A DNA stretch of 64,000 nucleotides from the NCBI GenBank assembly GCA_026413945.1, contig JAOAJX010000003.1, forward strand, positions 98,417-162,416, given 5' to 3'. The translations under genes and the position numbers were made by a program. The stretch comes from Candidatus Iainarchaeum sp. (lineage in GTDB: Archaea > Iainarchaeota > Iainarchaeia > Iainarchaeales > DTGL01). Positions 29,333-39,609 of the stretch are shown here, one piece after another. The notes under the pieces are model-generated. The model searched no databases. It had not been told where the DNA came from and saw only the letters and a list, made by a program, of their open reading frames with translations. Each line of letters begins with the position of its first letter. The stretch's first letter is position 1.

Positions 29333-30145
29333 TCATAAATACTCGCTTTTCTCGAAAAAATAAGCACCAACAAAAACAGCTATTAATGCAAAAAAAAGCG
29401 TTGCGCCAAAGCTTGTCATTATGCTGAACTCTGAAAACCCAGTAAGCGATGCCCTCAAGCCATCTACACCATATGTGAGAGGATTGATATAAGAAATTAT
29501 CTTTATTGGTTCTGGCAAACGATTAAGAGGAAAGAGCGCACCCGATAAAAAAAACAAAGGAAAAATAAAAAGGTTCATTATTAAGTTGAATCCGTGCATA
29601 TCTTTCATTCGTGAAGCAAAAGCCAAGCCAATGCTTATGAATGTCACCGACATTAAAAACATGTAAGCCAATGATAGAATGAAGCCAAATAAGCTACCTA
29701 TTTTAAACCATAATAAAGTTGAAAGGAACAGTATCAAACTGCTTTGAAAAATGGTAATTGTTGTGCCACCAGCAATTCTTCCCAGTACTATTGAAATTCT
29801 GCTCACCGGTGCTATCATTACCTCTTTAAAGAAACCGAACTCCTTATCTAATAAAACTGATATTCCGGCAAAGGTAGAATTAAACAAAATAGTCATTCCG
29901 AGAATCCCTGGCACCAAAAAGATTTTATAGTCTAAACTGACATTTCCCAAAAAAACATCAGAGCCGGAGAAGCCAAACCCCATAAATACCATAAAGAGCA
30001 ATGGCGTAGCAAGAGTTCCGATTATGCGTGATTTTGACCTATAAAACCTTATTATGTCCCTGACCCACAAAGCATAAACTGCTGAAAGATTTATTTCAAA
30101 AAAGCCAAACATACTAACCACTAAATTAACTTCCTTTTTTGCCAA
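29333..30145 (-). CDS. ABC-2 type transporter permease (DrrB-like)
   Basis: DKEFGFFKEV.IAPVSR, FLSGALFP, NPLTYGVDGLR. Confidence 0.93.
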   Translation of the reverse strand: MAKKEVNLVVSMFGFFEINLSAVYALWVRDIIRFYRSKSRIIGTLATPLLFMVFMGFGFSGSDVFLGNVSLDYKIFLVPGILGMTILFNSTFAGISVLLDKEFGFFKEVMIAPVSRISIVLGRIAGGTTITIFQSSLILFLSTLLWFKIGSLFGFILSLAYMFLMSVTFISIGLAFASRMKDMHGFNLIMNLFIFPLFFLSGALFPLNRLPEPIKIISYINPLTYGVDGLRASLTGFSEFSIMTSFGATLFFALIAVFVGAYFFEKSEYL

Positions 30146-31088
30146 TATTGTTAAACTCGTCAGATATTTTCCTGCCTGTTAATTTCAGAAAGGCATCTTC
30201 CAAGCTCGGCTTCCGAAAGCTGACGTAATCTATGTTTAAACCTAATTTATCTGCCTTCTTTATAATCAGTGGCAACTTTGTCTCACCTTTTTCGACAGTT
30301 ATATCTAATAGACCATTTCTTTCATTGATCTCCTTTGCAAGACCATTTTTTATTAACTCATCTTTAAAAGGTTTGGCTTTTCCATCAATCTTAACTGATA
30401 TTATTTCGCCGCCAACCATTTCTCTTATTTTTGAGGGTTTTTCTACTGCAATTATTTTTCCTTCATTGATTATCGCTACTCTGTCACAAAGATAGTCGGC
30501 TTCTTCAATGTAATGGGTTGTAAGCAGTATTGTTATATTTTCTTCTTTCCTCAAGTCTTCTATATAGTGCCAAATTTTTCGTCTCGTTTGGACATCTAAG
30601 CCGAGGGTCGGCTCATCTAAAAACAAAACCTTAGGTTTTTGCAAAAGCCCCCTTGCAATCTCAAGTCGCCTTTTCATGCCTCCAGAGTATTTCTCAACAA
30701 CAACATCTGCTTTTTCTGTGAGTTCCACAAGCTCTAAAACTTCTTTTATTCTGCTACTTCTGCTCTTTTTATCAAGTCCGTACATTCTTGCATGAAAATC
30801 AAGGTTTTCCCTACCAGTTAGTTTATTATCAAGCGCCGGATCCTGAAAAACAATACCTATATTTCTTCTCACCTCAGGTCTGTTTTTTATATCAATGCCG
30901 GCCACCTTGACAAATCCAGAGGTTGGTTTTAGAATGGTTGTAAGTATATTTATAATGGTGGTTTTTCCTGCGCCGTTTGGACCTAATAATCCGAATATTT
31001 CGCCTTCATGGACGCTGAATGATACGCTATCTACCGCAGTAAAGCCGCCGAACTTCTTTACTAGGTCCTTTACATATATAGAATCCAT
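30126..31088 (-). CDS. ABC transporter ATP-binding subunit (DrrA-like)
   Basis: GPNGAGKTT, YSGGM, LFLDEPT, TTH, C-terminal PSLEDAF. Confidence 0.95.
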   Translation of the reverse strand: MDSIYVKDLVKKFGGFTAVDSVSFSVHEGEIFGLLGPNGAGKTTIINILTTILKPTSGFVKVAGIDIKNRPEVRRNIGIVFQDPALDNKLTGRENLDFHARMYGLDKKSRSSRIKEVLELVELTEKADVVVEKYSGGMKRRLEIARGLLQKPKVLFLDEPTLGLDVQTRRKIWHYIEDLRKEENITILLTTHYIEEADYLCDRVAIINEGKIIAVEKPSKIREMVGGEIISVKIDGKAKPFKDELIKNGLAKEINERNGLLDITVEKGETKLPLIIKKADKLGLNIDYVSFRKPSLEDAFLKLTGRKISDEFNNIGKKGS

Positions 31089-31123
31089 CAGAGACTATTT
31101 AATCAAAGGAACAATTTTAAATG

Positions 31124-31138
31124 TATCGGACTCCGATA
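31124..31138. promoter_or_regulatory. Perfect 7-1-7 palindrome upstream of the ABC operon TATA box
   Basis: TATCGGA-C-TCCGATA, adjacent to TTTAAAA on the minus strand. Confidence 0.55.
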
Positions 31139-31167
31139 TAATAAAAAAGAAAAAAGGGTTGTAGATT

Positions 31168-31362
31168 CTATACTACATCCCCAATTTCCATTTCGCTGTC
31201 CTCTTTAATCAATGTTTCCTGAAAATCGCTGATGGTTTTACCTTCGTCCAAAATCGTTGTGCTGCCTTCCGGTGTTGGAGTTGGCCCAGTTTGCGTAAGT
31301 AAAACCACAATTAGTGCAATCACAACTATGGCAATAACCGCTATTAGCAAAATCTTGTTCAT
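31168..31362 (-). CDS. Small membrane-anchored protein
   Basis: N-terminal TM, acidic tail; ATGA overlap with upstream gene. Confidence 0.7.
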   Translation of the reverse strand: MNKILLIAVIAIVVIALIVVLLTQTGPTPTPEGSTTILDEGKTISDFQETLIKEDSEMEIGDVV

Positions 31363-32348
31363 TTAGACGCACCCCCATAGCCATTTTGTTTTCCGCTAGG
31401 ACTGCCTCTTTTCATAGTCGGAATTTTTGGATTTGCAATTCTTTCCTGAATCCTTGTTCTTAAGCGGTTCATATCAATGTTCATATCTGCGTAGCGGTTT
31501 CTAAGCCTCTCAAGTCTGCCTTCCAGTCGCTCAATTCTGCGTTCCATGAAACGTCGCTTTGCAGCTATTGCCCATTGTTGCTGCAGAACTCTTGCTTTCG
31601 AGGCTGCTTGACCAAGTCCAAAGACAATGTTTTTCCTTTGCTCTGACCCTAAGCCACGAATTGTTTCCCTTAATTCTTTCGCAGCTTCTTCAGCAGAGAT
31701 TTCGCCTTTCTTCAGTTTTTGTGAGAGCTCTTTAGCTTTCTCTGGAATCTTGTCAAGAGCTTCCTCGATCTTCTTTGCGTTGTATTCCCTTATGAGCGAT
31801 ACTATTTCATTGTGTAGCTCTTTGTACTCCGTCCAATCAATGTTTTTGAATTCATCCGCTAGCCCAGACTTGTTTTTGTCCTTAAGTATGTTTCTTGCTT
31901 CATCTCTGAACTGCTTGGTGAGGCTTATCGCATCATTTTTTAGGTCTACAAATGTTTTGACAATGTTTTCATCTGTATTCTGTATGCCCTTTGCCTTTTC
32001 AGCAACCTCGTCTTTTAGAACCCTCATCTCTGCAATTATTTCTTTAAGATTGTTAGTGTCTTCTTCAGGGTAGTTTTTCTCTATGTAATTTATAACTGCA
32101 CCACCTCTTAGAATCGCTCTTAAAATTGATTTTTCAAGCTGCAAAAGCCTTACCTTTGCTCCGATGCCATTAACCATTGCTACCATTTCCTTTTGCGTGT
32201 TCTGGTCTACAATTGGCTGTCCTGTCTCTGGGTTTTGTTCTTCTGTTTTGTTAGTATCTATTTGATCAGCGAATGATGTGTGAGTTGTCACTAAGATAAT
32301 CAAAAGCAGTAGCGCAAAGCTGTAAAAGCAATTTTTTCTTTTTTGCAT
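31359..32348 (-). CDS. Secreted long alpha-helical/coiled-coil protein
   Basis: SD GGAGGTGA before ATG 32348, signal peptide, GAKVRLLQLEKSI, E/K-rich helices. Confidence 0.8.
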   Translation of the reverse strand: MQKRKNCFYSFALLLLIILVTTHTSFADQIDTNKTEEQNPETGQPIVDQNTQKEMVAMVNGIGAKVRLLQLEKSILRAILRGGAVINYIEKNYPEEDTNNLKEIIAEMRVLKDEVAEKAKGIQNTDENIVKTFVDLKNDAISLTKQFRDEARNILKDKNKSGLADEFKNIDWTEYKELHNEIVSLIREYNAKKIEEALDKIPEKAKELSQKLKKGEISAEEAAKELRETIRGLGSEQRKNIVFGLGQAASKARVLQQQWAIAAKRRFMERRIERLEGRLERLRNRYADMNIDMNRLRTRIQERIANPKIPTMKRGSPSGKQNGYGGASK

Positions 32349-32387
32349 TCCTTCACCTCCATAATTGTTTGTTTTTATAAATTGCAC

Positions 32388-32458
32388 TGGAACAGGATTT
32401 ATATCTTTCGCGGAATAAGCGGGACAAACATTAAAAAAGGCGGAACAGAAACGGAACA
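32388..32458. promoter_or_regulatory. Cluster of five YGGAACA-like heptamers around the promoter
   Basis: TGGAACA 32388, CGGAATA 32411, CGGGACA 32420, CGGAACA 32441, CGGAACA 32452. Confidence 0.55.
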
Positions 32459-32469
32459 ACTTGCTTTGC

Positions 32470-33180
32470 TCACTCATTTTCGCGATTTATTCTGATATAA
32501 TTACTCATGCCTCTCTGCTCTCTTTTTACATAGCCTTTTTTGAGCAAAGCCTCGATGTTCCTTGAAACTGAAGATTTTGGTAATCCCAAAGCGTTTGTAA
32601 TGTCCTTTTGCGTAGCTTCACCGCCTTTATTTTCTAAAAATAGCATTATGGCACACTGCCTCTCACTGAGTCCTTCATAAGTTTTTGTTGTTTCTTTATG
32701 CTGAGATGCTTTTTTACTCTTAAACAAGTAATATGCTAAAAAAGCCGCCAAAACAAGTGTGGATAATATTAACAGCAAAAAAGCGGTGTTGTTGGACATA
32801 TCATTTTCAATGTAATATTCAACATACAACCTCAGCGGCTCTTCCTTTCCAGTGCCATTTATTATAATCGTATTGTCTGAGGCTTGTATTAAAATTAAGC
32901 CGCTGTTGCTGATCTTAGTTATGCGTGCTTTTTGTGGCATATGAATCTCATAAACAAAATCCGAGAATTTTTCATTTATATCGAGCACAAACTTCCACTT
33001 TATCCCTTCTTTATAAGTTAATTCGTAATGTACGCCTTCGCTGAGCCGGGGATGATTAGTAATTCCTTTTATTTCACAGCCCCCATCTTTACCTACAATT
33101 ATACTCAAGTCTGCATAATATGCAGAAAAAGCCAAAACAAAGAACTGCAATAAAAAAAGAAGTAAAAGCGCTTTTCTCAA
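32470..33180 (-). CDS. Membrane-tethered winged-HTH transcription regulator with extracellular domain
   Basis: Signal peptide, TM, then LSERQ..IM..L...GG..TQ..I...LGLPKSSVSR.I..L..KG.V. Confidence 0.85.
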   Translation of the reverse strand: MRKALLLLFLLQFFVLAFSAYYADLSIIVGKDGGCEIKGITNHPRLSEGVHYELTYKEGIKWKFVLDINEKFSDFVYEIHMPQKARITKISNSGLILIQASDNTIIINGTGKEEPLRLYVEYYIENDMSNNTAFLLLILSTLVLAAFLAYYLFKSKKASQHKETTKTYEGLSERQCAIMLFLENKGGEATQKDITNALGLPKSSVSRNIEALLKKGYVKREQRGMSNYIRINRENE

Positions 33181-33187
33181 ATCACCA

Positions 33188-34168
33188 CTACCTTAAAAGC
33201 ACATTTCTTTTTATTCTGTCATAAAACATGAAGTCATCTTCTGTGTCATTTTTTGCACCTTCAATGAAGTCATAAATTTCAGCTGTTTTTGAGCTTAACT
33301 CATCTGCATAATAAACTATGAGTGCTTCAGCAAACATAGGTTCCTTTGGAGAACCATATTCTTGCTTTCCGTGATGGCTAACAACTATGTGCAGTAACTT
33401 GTTTTTCGTCATTTCGTCAATTTCAAATTCTTGGCATTTACGTTCTAAAAAAACAGCCCCAAGAGTTATGTGACCCAAAAGCTGACCTCTTGTCGTGCTT
33501 TTTATCCTAGACGTAATTTCCAATTCTTCAAGCTTCCCAATATCATGCAAAAGAGCCCCAGCAATTAGAATGTCTTTATTAATTGCGGGATAGAATTCAC
33601 AAACTTTTTTGCAAAGCTCTACAACTTCCCATATGTGCTCTAAAAGACCACCTAACCAATTATGATGTATTTCAATTGCACCAGGATGCTTTTTTATCTT
33701 CTCGCTAATTTCTCTTGCACAATAAATATTTTTTACCATCCGGCGGAGCTTTTCGTCTTTTATGTTATCTATTTCTGCGGTAACTTTGTTGTAAAGTTCT
33801 TCCGTGTTCTTGACCCCAACTCTTACAAAAGAAGTCTCATCATATCTGCCTTTTTCTATAACCTCAATTGTATCTGGCTCATTTGTTGTTAGCTCTAATT
33901 TTCCCTTATATGTTGAGACTTTGCCTTTTACTCTCACAACGCAATCCGGTTTTATCGAATCATAGATCTTCCGCACTTTTTGCTCATCCGGCCCTCCCCA
34001 ATATTTATAAGTTAAACTTTTTCCACTGTTGTCTGAGAGCACAAGCTCGAAAGCAAAGCCGTTTGAATAATGTATGAATCCTTTCTTGATCTTTACTACA
34101 AAGACATCATCAACGCTTTCACCTTCCTTTAAGAGCGAAAGCGGCTTTTTTTTGGCAATCTTTTCCAT
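33188..34168 (-). CDS. YhaM/Cbf1-like 3'-5' exoribonuclease (OB-fold plus HD)
   Basis: PGA..IHH...GGLLEH, LLHDIGK, GHI, SHHG. Confidence 0.9.
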   Translation of the reverse strand: MEKIAKKKPLSLLKEGESVDDVFVVKIKKGFIHYSNGFAFELVLSDNSGKSLTYKYWGGPDEQKVRKIYDSIKPDCVVRVKGKVSTYKGKLELTTNEPDTIEVIEKGRYDETSFVRVGVKNTEELYNKVTAEIDNIKDEKLRRMVKNIYCAREISEKIKKHPGAIEIHHNWLGGLLEHIWEVVELCKKVCEFYPAINKDILIAGALLHDIGKLEELEITSRIKSTTRGQLLGHITLGAVFLERKCQEFEIDEMTKNKLLHIVVSHHGKQEYGSPKEPMFAEALIVYYADELSSKTAEIYDFIEGAKNDTEDDFMFYDRIKRNVLLR

Positions 34169-34219
34169 ATCACTCAATTAATTTTTAGCTGGATTGATTT
34201 AAAAATTATTGCAAAAGCG

Positions 34220-36877
34220 CTAAGAAAATATGTCCTCAGCCCAGCCACCTTTTGTGCGGTCTGCATAATTTCTTTGCTTAATTATAAATTTCATTATATC
34301 GATAGCTACAATAACTGAGATAGACAGAAGTGCACCAAGCCCCCAATAAAAAATAGGCAAAGGAGTTGTCTCGAAAGGTCTGTTTAACGGGGTGTATACG
34401 ATTAAAATTGTTGCCATAATTGAGGCAAAAGAAGCATATACGAGATGTTTGTTTGCAAACAAAGGCAGCTCGTAAAAACCATAGCGCAATGATCTGAAAT
34501 TGAAGGCATTGGCTATTTCAAAAATTATGAGCGTTACTAATGCAGCAGTTCTTGCCATTACTTCACCGCTTTTGAAATAACCATACGCAAGCATGAATAT
34601 GGAGATTGTTCCAACGCCCATTATAAAAGCTGATAAAAGTATCAAAGGTAATGATTCTTTATCTATGAATTTCGTTTTTCTCCTAGGCTTTGATTTCATA
34701 ACATCAAATGAAGGTGGACTTAGGCCTAAGGTTATCGCTGGCAGATCATCAGTTACGAGATTCATAAAAAGTATTTGTAAAGGTAGAAGAACCAAGAATG
34801 GTGTTGCGATAAGGCCAAGCATTATTATGCTCATTTCAGCAAAATTACAAGAAAACTTATATGATATGAATTTTTTCATGTTATTAAATATCGTCCTACC
34901 CTCGCTTATTGCAGTAACAATAGTGGCAAAATTATCGTCTTTTAGTATAAGGTCTGCCGCTTCTCTCGAAACGTCTGTTCCGGTTGTGCCCATGGCAACG
35001 CCTATGTGTGCCTCTTTAAGTGCAGGCGCATCATTTACCCCATCACCTGTCATTGTTACAATTTCACCAAGGTTTTTCAGTGCTTTGACTATTCTCATTT
35101 TGTGCTCAGGCCTTACCCTTGCAAATATTGCTGTTTTCTTGACTATGCTCTGAAGCTCTTCATCGCTCATTTTGTCAAGCTGATCACCAGTAACTACACC
35201 ACCCCGGAGCCCAATTTGGCTTGCTATTGAAATTGCTGTTTCTTTATGGTCGCCGGTTATCATTTTTACATCAATGCCGGCAATATGACAGGTTTTTATA
35301 GCCTCTTTAACCTCTTCTCTTGGTGGATCCTCCATTGAAGCTATTCCCAAAAAAACCATATCCTTTTCAAAGGCACCATTTACACCTTCTACATTAAGGT
35401 AAGCAAGAGCAAGATTCCTATAGCCTTTCTTGGCAAGCAACCTATTTTTATGTAGTATTGATTTCTTTTCCGAATCATTAAGTTGCTCAATGCTATTGCC
35501 TCTTATTATATATGCACACCTTTTCAGAATTGCTTCAGGAGCTCCCTTTGCATAAACAAGAAATTTACTATGCTCTTGGCAAAGCACCGCCATCATTTTG
35601 CTTTCTGATGTGAAAGGCACTTCTTCAATTCTTTTTGCGTTTAAATCATCTTTGTAAACACCGGCCTTAGCAGCCATTATGAGTAGCGCTGCCTCTGTTT
35701 TGCTTCCAAATATATTAAATTCCATATCCGTGCCTTTCCTTGTTATTCTTGCGTCATTGCACAGCACACTAGCTTTAATTAGAGTTTGAAGTCCAAAATG
35801 CTTCTCAATTTCAATCTTTTTCCCATTCACTAAGAAATCTCCTTCAGCTTCATAACCAACACCACTAACATCATAAGCACAATCCGCAGTAATTATTTTT
35901 TTCACAGTCATCTCACCTTTGGTTATTGTGCCTGTTTTGTCAGAGCATATAACTGTTGTCTCACCAAGGGTTTCTATGACTGACATTCGATTGACAATTG
36001 CATTTTTTTGTGCCATGCGCCTAACACCTATAGCCAAGGTTATTATAAGCACAAGCGGAAGACCTTCCGGGAATGCCGCAACTGAAAGTGCAATTATGGC
36101 CAATGCTATCTCAACAAGTATTATATCAGTTAGTGGCATATTTCTCGAAGCCAATATTGTGCCGCTTACAATTGCTGACAATAGCGCAACTACAACCATC
36201 ACTTTAGCAATTTTGTTTATTTTTTCTTGTAGCATGGAATGCTTTTCTGTTTTGGAGACCATGCTTGCAATTTTTCCAAATCTTGTTGCCATGCCGGTGC
36301 TTTCAACTTTAGCTATTGCCTTTCCATTCATAATAAGCGTGCCCATGAAAAGCATATTTTTGTCAGAAATTAGGCTTCCATGTTTAAAAGCAACCTTTTT
36401 TATTTCTTCAGATTCACCAGTCAACACTGATTCATCAACTTTTAGATCTTTCTCATGTAATATTATACAATCAGCTGGAACTTTTTCTCCAGTGCGCAAT
36501 ATTACAATGTCGCCTGGAACGAGCTCCCTAGAAGGCACTTCTGTTTCTCTTCCATCTCTTATTACAACAGAAATAGGCATCAGCATGCTCTTCAATGCTT
36601 TTATGGCTTTTTCTGCCTTGTATTCCTGAATAAAGCCGACTGATACAATAATTATTATAATTGCAAAAATGGTGTAAGCAGTTACACTTTTGCTAACTAT
36701 AAATGATAAAGTCGCTGCTATGAATAACAAATATACTATGAAGTTTCTGCTTATTTGCCTTAGAAGTATTTTCTGTGGCGATACTTTAGAAACCTCAAAG
36801 ATCTCGTTGAAGCCAAAAGTTTTCAGCCTTTCTTTTGCTTCGTTGCTATTGAGACCTGTGTAACCAGATTCATGCAT
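34220..36877 (-). CDS. P-type ATPase, P2 (Ca2+-like) cation transporter
   Basis: TGES, PEGL, DKTGT, KGAPE, MITGD, TGDGVNDAPAL. Confidence 0.95.
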   Translation of the reverse strand: MHESGYTGLNSNEAKERLKTFGFNEIFEVSKVSPQKILLRQISRNFIVYLLFIAATLSFIVSKSVTAYTIFAIIIIIVSVGFIQEYKAEKAIKALKSMLMPISVVIRDGRETEVPSRELVPGDIVILRTGEKVPADCIILHEKDLKVDESVLTGESEEIKKVAFKHGSLISDKNMLFMGTLIMNGKAIAKVESTGMATRFGKIASMVSKTEKHSMLQEKINKIAKVMVVVALLSAIVSGTILASRNMPLTDIILVEIALAIIALSVAAFPEGLPLVLIITLAIGVRRMAQKNAIVNRMSVIETLGETTVICSDKTGTITKGEMTVKKIITADCAYDVSGVGYEAEGDFLVNGKKIEIEKHFGLQTLIKASVLCNDARITRKGTDMEFNIFGSKTEAALLIMAAKAGVYKDDLNAKRIEEVPFTSESKMMAVLCQEHSKFLVYAKGAPEAILKRCAYIIRGNSIEQLNDSEKKSILHKNRLLAKKGYRNLALAYLNVEGVNGAFEKDMVFLGIASMEDPPREEVKEAIKTCHIAGIDVKMITGDHKETAISIASQIGLRGGVVTGDQLDKMSDEELQSIVKKTAIFARVRPEHKMRIVKALKNLGEIVTMTGDGVNDAPALKEAHIGVAMGTTGTDVSREAADLILKDDNFATIVTAISEGRTIFNNMKKFISYKFSCNFAEMSIIMLGLIATPFLVLLPLQILFMNLVTDDLPAITLGLSPPSFDVMKSKPRRKTKFIDKESLPLILLSAFIMGVGTISIFMLAYGYFKSGEVMARTAALVTLIIFEIANAFNFRSLRYGFYELPLFANKHLVYASFASIMATILIVYTPLNRPFETTPLPIFYWGLGALLSISVIVAIDIMKFIIKQRNYADRTKGGWAEDIFS

Positions 36878-36912
36878 TTAACAATTAATGCAACAAACTT
36901 TATAAACTTTTT

Positions 36913-38013
36913 TCACTTCTTTGAAACCTCACTATAGAGAACGTCAAACTTATCTGCAACTCTTGACTGATCAAATAAGTTAGCATATGCTATGGAATTA
37001 CTCCTTTTTACTTCCTTTTCATCTTCTTCAAGAGACATTATTTCAGATAATCTATGCACCGCCAATTCAATATCGTGAAAATCAATTATGTAGCCATTTT
37101 TTCCTTTGTCTACGAAAGTCTCAAAGGTTGGTATTTTGCTAAGCACAGGTATGCAGCCAGCTTTCATGGCTTCAATAGTGCTTATGCCAAAACCTTCATG
37201 GCTTGAAGCAGAAATAAAGAAATCACATCTTGATAATATTTCTTTCAGCTTTTTGTCAGAGCATCTGCCAAGTATCTTTATTCTGCCTTCAGCACCATGT
37301 CTTTTCACAAGCTCTTTAAGAACTTTTATTTTTTCATCAAACTCACCGCCAGCAATATAAAGCATTGCATTGTTTTTTTCACTAGATTTTGCGAAAATTT
37401 CTATAAGAAGTGGCAAATTCTTGTTTTTGCTTAAGCGACCAACAAATATAAATGTGTTCTTTTCTTTCTTGCCCGGCTTAAAACCTGTTAGGTTGAAAGG
37501 AACTGTAATATACTCAACTTTACTATTTGGCAAAATTTCTCTAAAAATTTTTAAATCATTTTCGCTAACAGCTACAACTTTGTGAGCGAGCCTTAATATT
37601 GCCCTACACCAAAGGTAAAAATAAATCCTCTTAATTAAGCTTTTGCCGGTATGAAATATGCCGCCGTGTGTGCTTATTACTACTGGTTTGCGGTGAAAAA
37701 TTTTTGTAAGCAGAAAAAAATCTGAAAAGAAGCCAATGCCATGTATATGGATAACATCCACATCTTTTGTATATTCAATTACCTTTGGGGCTATCTTGTA
37801 AATGCCAAGGTCAAGAAAAGGCACACGCAAAATTTCGATTCTCTTGTGTTTTTCTCTACTAGACAAAATGTCCTTGCTGTTTCCACATCTGTTTAGGCAG
37901 ATTACTCTGCAAAAATGTCCTTTTTTCATTAATTCAATGCAAAGCGTTTCTATCGAGCTTTCAACTCCTCCGATGCAAGGCCAAAAATGGTGTGTAACAT
38001 GGGCAATCTTCAT
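36913..38013 (-). CDS. GT4 glycosyltransferase
   Basis: GGVE, FVGRLSKNK, EGFGISTIEAM. Confidence 0.92.
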   Translation of the reverse strand: MKIAHVTHHFWPCIGGVESSIETLCIELMKKGHFCRVICLNRCGNSKDILSSREKHKRIEILRVPFLDLGIYKIAPKVIEYTKDVDVIHIHGIGFFSDFFLLTKIFHRKPVVISTHGGIFHTGKSLIKRIYFYLWCRAILRLAHKVVAVSENDLKIFREILPNSKVEYITVPFNLTGFKPGKKEKNTFIFVGRLSKNKNLPLLIEIFAKSSEKNNAMLYIAGGEFDEKIKVLKELVKRHGAEGRIKILGRCSDKKLKEILSRCDFFISASSHEGFGISTIEAMKAGCIPVLSKIPTFETFVDKGKNGYIIDFHDIELAVHRLSEIMSLEEDEKEVKRSNSIAYANLFDQSRVADKFDVLYSEVSKK

Positions 38014-38046
38014 AAAGTAAATCTCCTGTGGGAAGTTTTTAAAGCT

Positions 38047-39018
38047 TCAATGTTGTGTAAATAAAATCTTAATAATACCAAGGGAAAGGCCCGCAATAAA
38101 GACCATATCACGTAAAAAAAGAAAAATTGGTGATACTAAACCAACTAATGAATCACGCTTCATGGCAAAAAGAGTAAAGGGAAGCATTGCAACTATCATG
38201 GCCAGAAAAGAAAAAAAAGATGCAGTAAGCAATCTTTGTTCTAAAAATGAGCTTAAGCCAAAAAATATAGCTAAACCCAAAAAAATAATCTGTGCTTTTA
38301 AAGCCTGTGGTGTATATGAGTCTTTAATTGCTTTGTCCTTGTGTAACTTGTAGAGTAGTATTCTCCAATATGCATGCTGAAATTTTTTCTTTAAGTAATT
38401 TGAAATCTTCTCGGGGTGAGTGTGATGCACAATGGCTTTTGGATTAAAAATTATTTTACCACCTTTTTTTTGTATCCTGTATGAGAGTTCAGGATCTTCG
38501 CCGCTTGCCTTCGTGAAGCGTTCATCAAAGCCACCTTCTTGCAAAAATATTTCCCGTCTGTATGCTGCGCTATATGTACCTATCCAGTCGACTTCTTTTG
38601 ACCTTAGCATCTTTTCATAACGCTCTTCGATCTCAAGCTGCACAAACCTTGCAACAAGTGATTTTTGCTTTGTTTTGTATGCGCCTTGTACTGCCGAAAC
38701 CTTTGAATCAACAAAAGGTCTCACCATCTCTTTAAGCCAGTTTTTTTCGGCAATACAATCTGAGTCAATAAAAAGTAAAATGTTGCCTTTTGCAATCCTC
38801 GCACCATTGTTCCTTGCCTTTGCAGGGCCGCTTGGTTGCTGTTTTACAATCTTGGCTTTAGTTATTTTTGAGACAACTTCTGCTGTGTTGTCTGTGCTTC
38901 CATCGTCAACTACTATTATCTCATAAGGTCTGTCGAAATCCTGCTTTTGCAGCGCATTTATACAGGTCTCTATTTGTCTTGCACCGTTTCTAACAGGAAT
39001 TACAATGCTTGCATACAT
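38047..39018 (-). CDS. GT2 glycosyltransferase with C-terminal TMs
   Basis: VVDDGSTD, FIDSD, GGFDE, GED. Confidence 0.92.
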   Translation of the reverse strand: MYASIVIPVRNGARQIETCINALQKQDFDRPYEIIVVDDGSTDNTAEVVSKITKAKIVKQQPSGPAKARNNGARIAKGNILLFIDSDCIAEKNWLKEMVRPFVDSKVSAVQGAYKTKQKSLVARFVQLEIEERYEKMLRSKEVDWIGTYSAAYRREIFLQEGGFDERFTKASGEDPELSYRIQKKGGKIIFNPKAIVHHTHPEKISNYLKKKFQHAYWRILLYKLHKDKAIKDSYTPQALKAQIIFLGLAIFFGLSSFLEQRLLTASFFSFLAMIVAMLPFTLFAMKRDSLVGLVSPIFLFLRDMVFIAGLSLGIIKILFTQH

Positions 39019-39108
39019 TCCTAATATCTAATTATAGAAATAATATAAAATATTAATCAAAAGAATGATAAACAAAAGATATAAAAAAAGCAAAATCTTT
39101 CTTTATCT

Positions 39109-39609
39109 ATGCGCAATAGAAAAAGGATAAGGCGCCAACTTCCTAAGCATTCTGCTGAGCAGAAAGCCCCATCTCCATTGAAAAGAAAAAAAGAAGCCGC
39201 AAGAGCAGGGTATATTCTGAGTGCTCTTGCTTCGAAGCTTTATGACCCAATAATTGTAAAGGACCTTGCAAGGTGGAACTCGGCCCTTGTAAATTATACT
39301 TCAACAACTATTTCTATTGGTGCTTTAAGGCACTTCAACGCCATGCTAACTAATCTTAAAGCCCTAATGGGCCGCGATTATCTAAAGAATACTTGGCATT
39401 CCAGAAGAATTGCAGAGACTTTGGAACAGCTTGAAAGGCTTAGGCCTTATTTTCAGCAAGTCTCGCTTGCCGAAAACCAAACCGAACTAAAGAAGAGATT
39501 TGCAGCAAAACTTTCAGCCATACATAGCCTCAATGCAGAGCTTCAGAGTGTGGATCCAAAATCGCGCATATATTTTGAAATGTTATTAATTAGGGCCCAG
39601 AAGATTTAG
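39109..39609 (+). CDS. Hypothetical protein with basic N-terminus
   Basis: 166-aa ORF with its own TATA; lies antisense within the glycosyltransferase cluster. Confidence 0.65.
   Translation: MRNRKRIRRQLPKHSAEQKAPSPLKRKKEAARAGYILSALASKLYDPIIVKDLARWNSALVNYTSTTISIGALRHFNAMLTNLKALMGRDYLKNTWHSRRIAETLEQLERLRPYFQQVSLAENQTELKKRFAAKLSAIHSLNAELQSVDPKSRIYFEMLLIRAQKI

Noticed and set aside
34593-36629. Long plus-strand ORFs (186 and 236 aa)
   Set aside because: Antisense shadows of the P-type ATPase.
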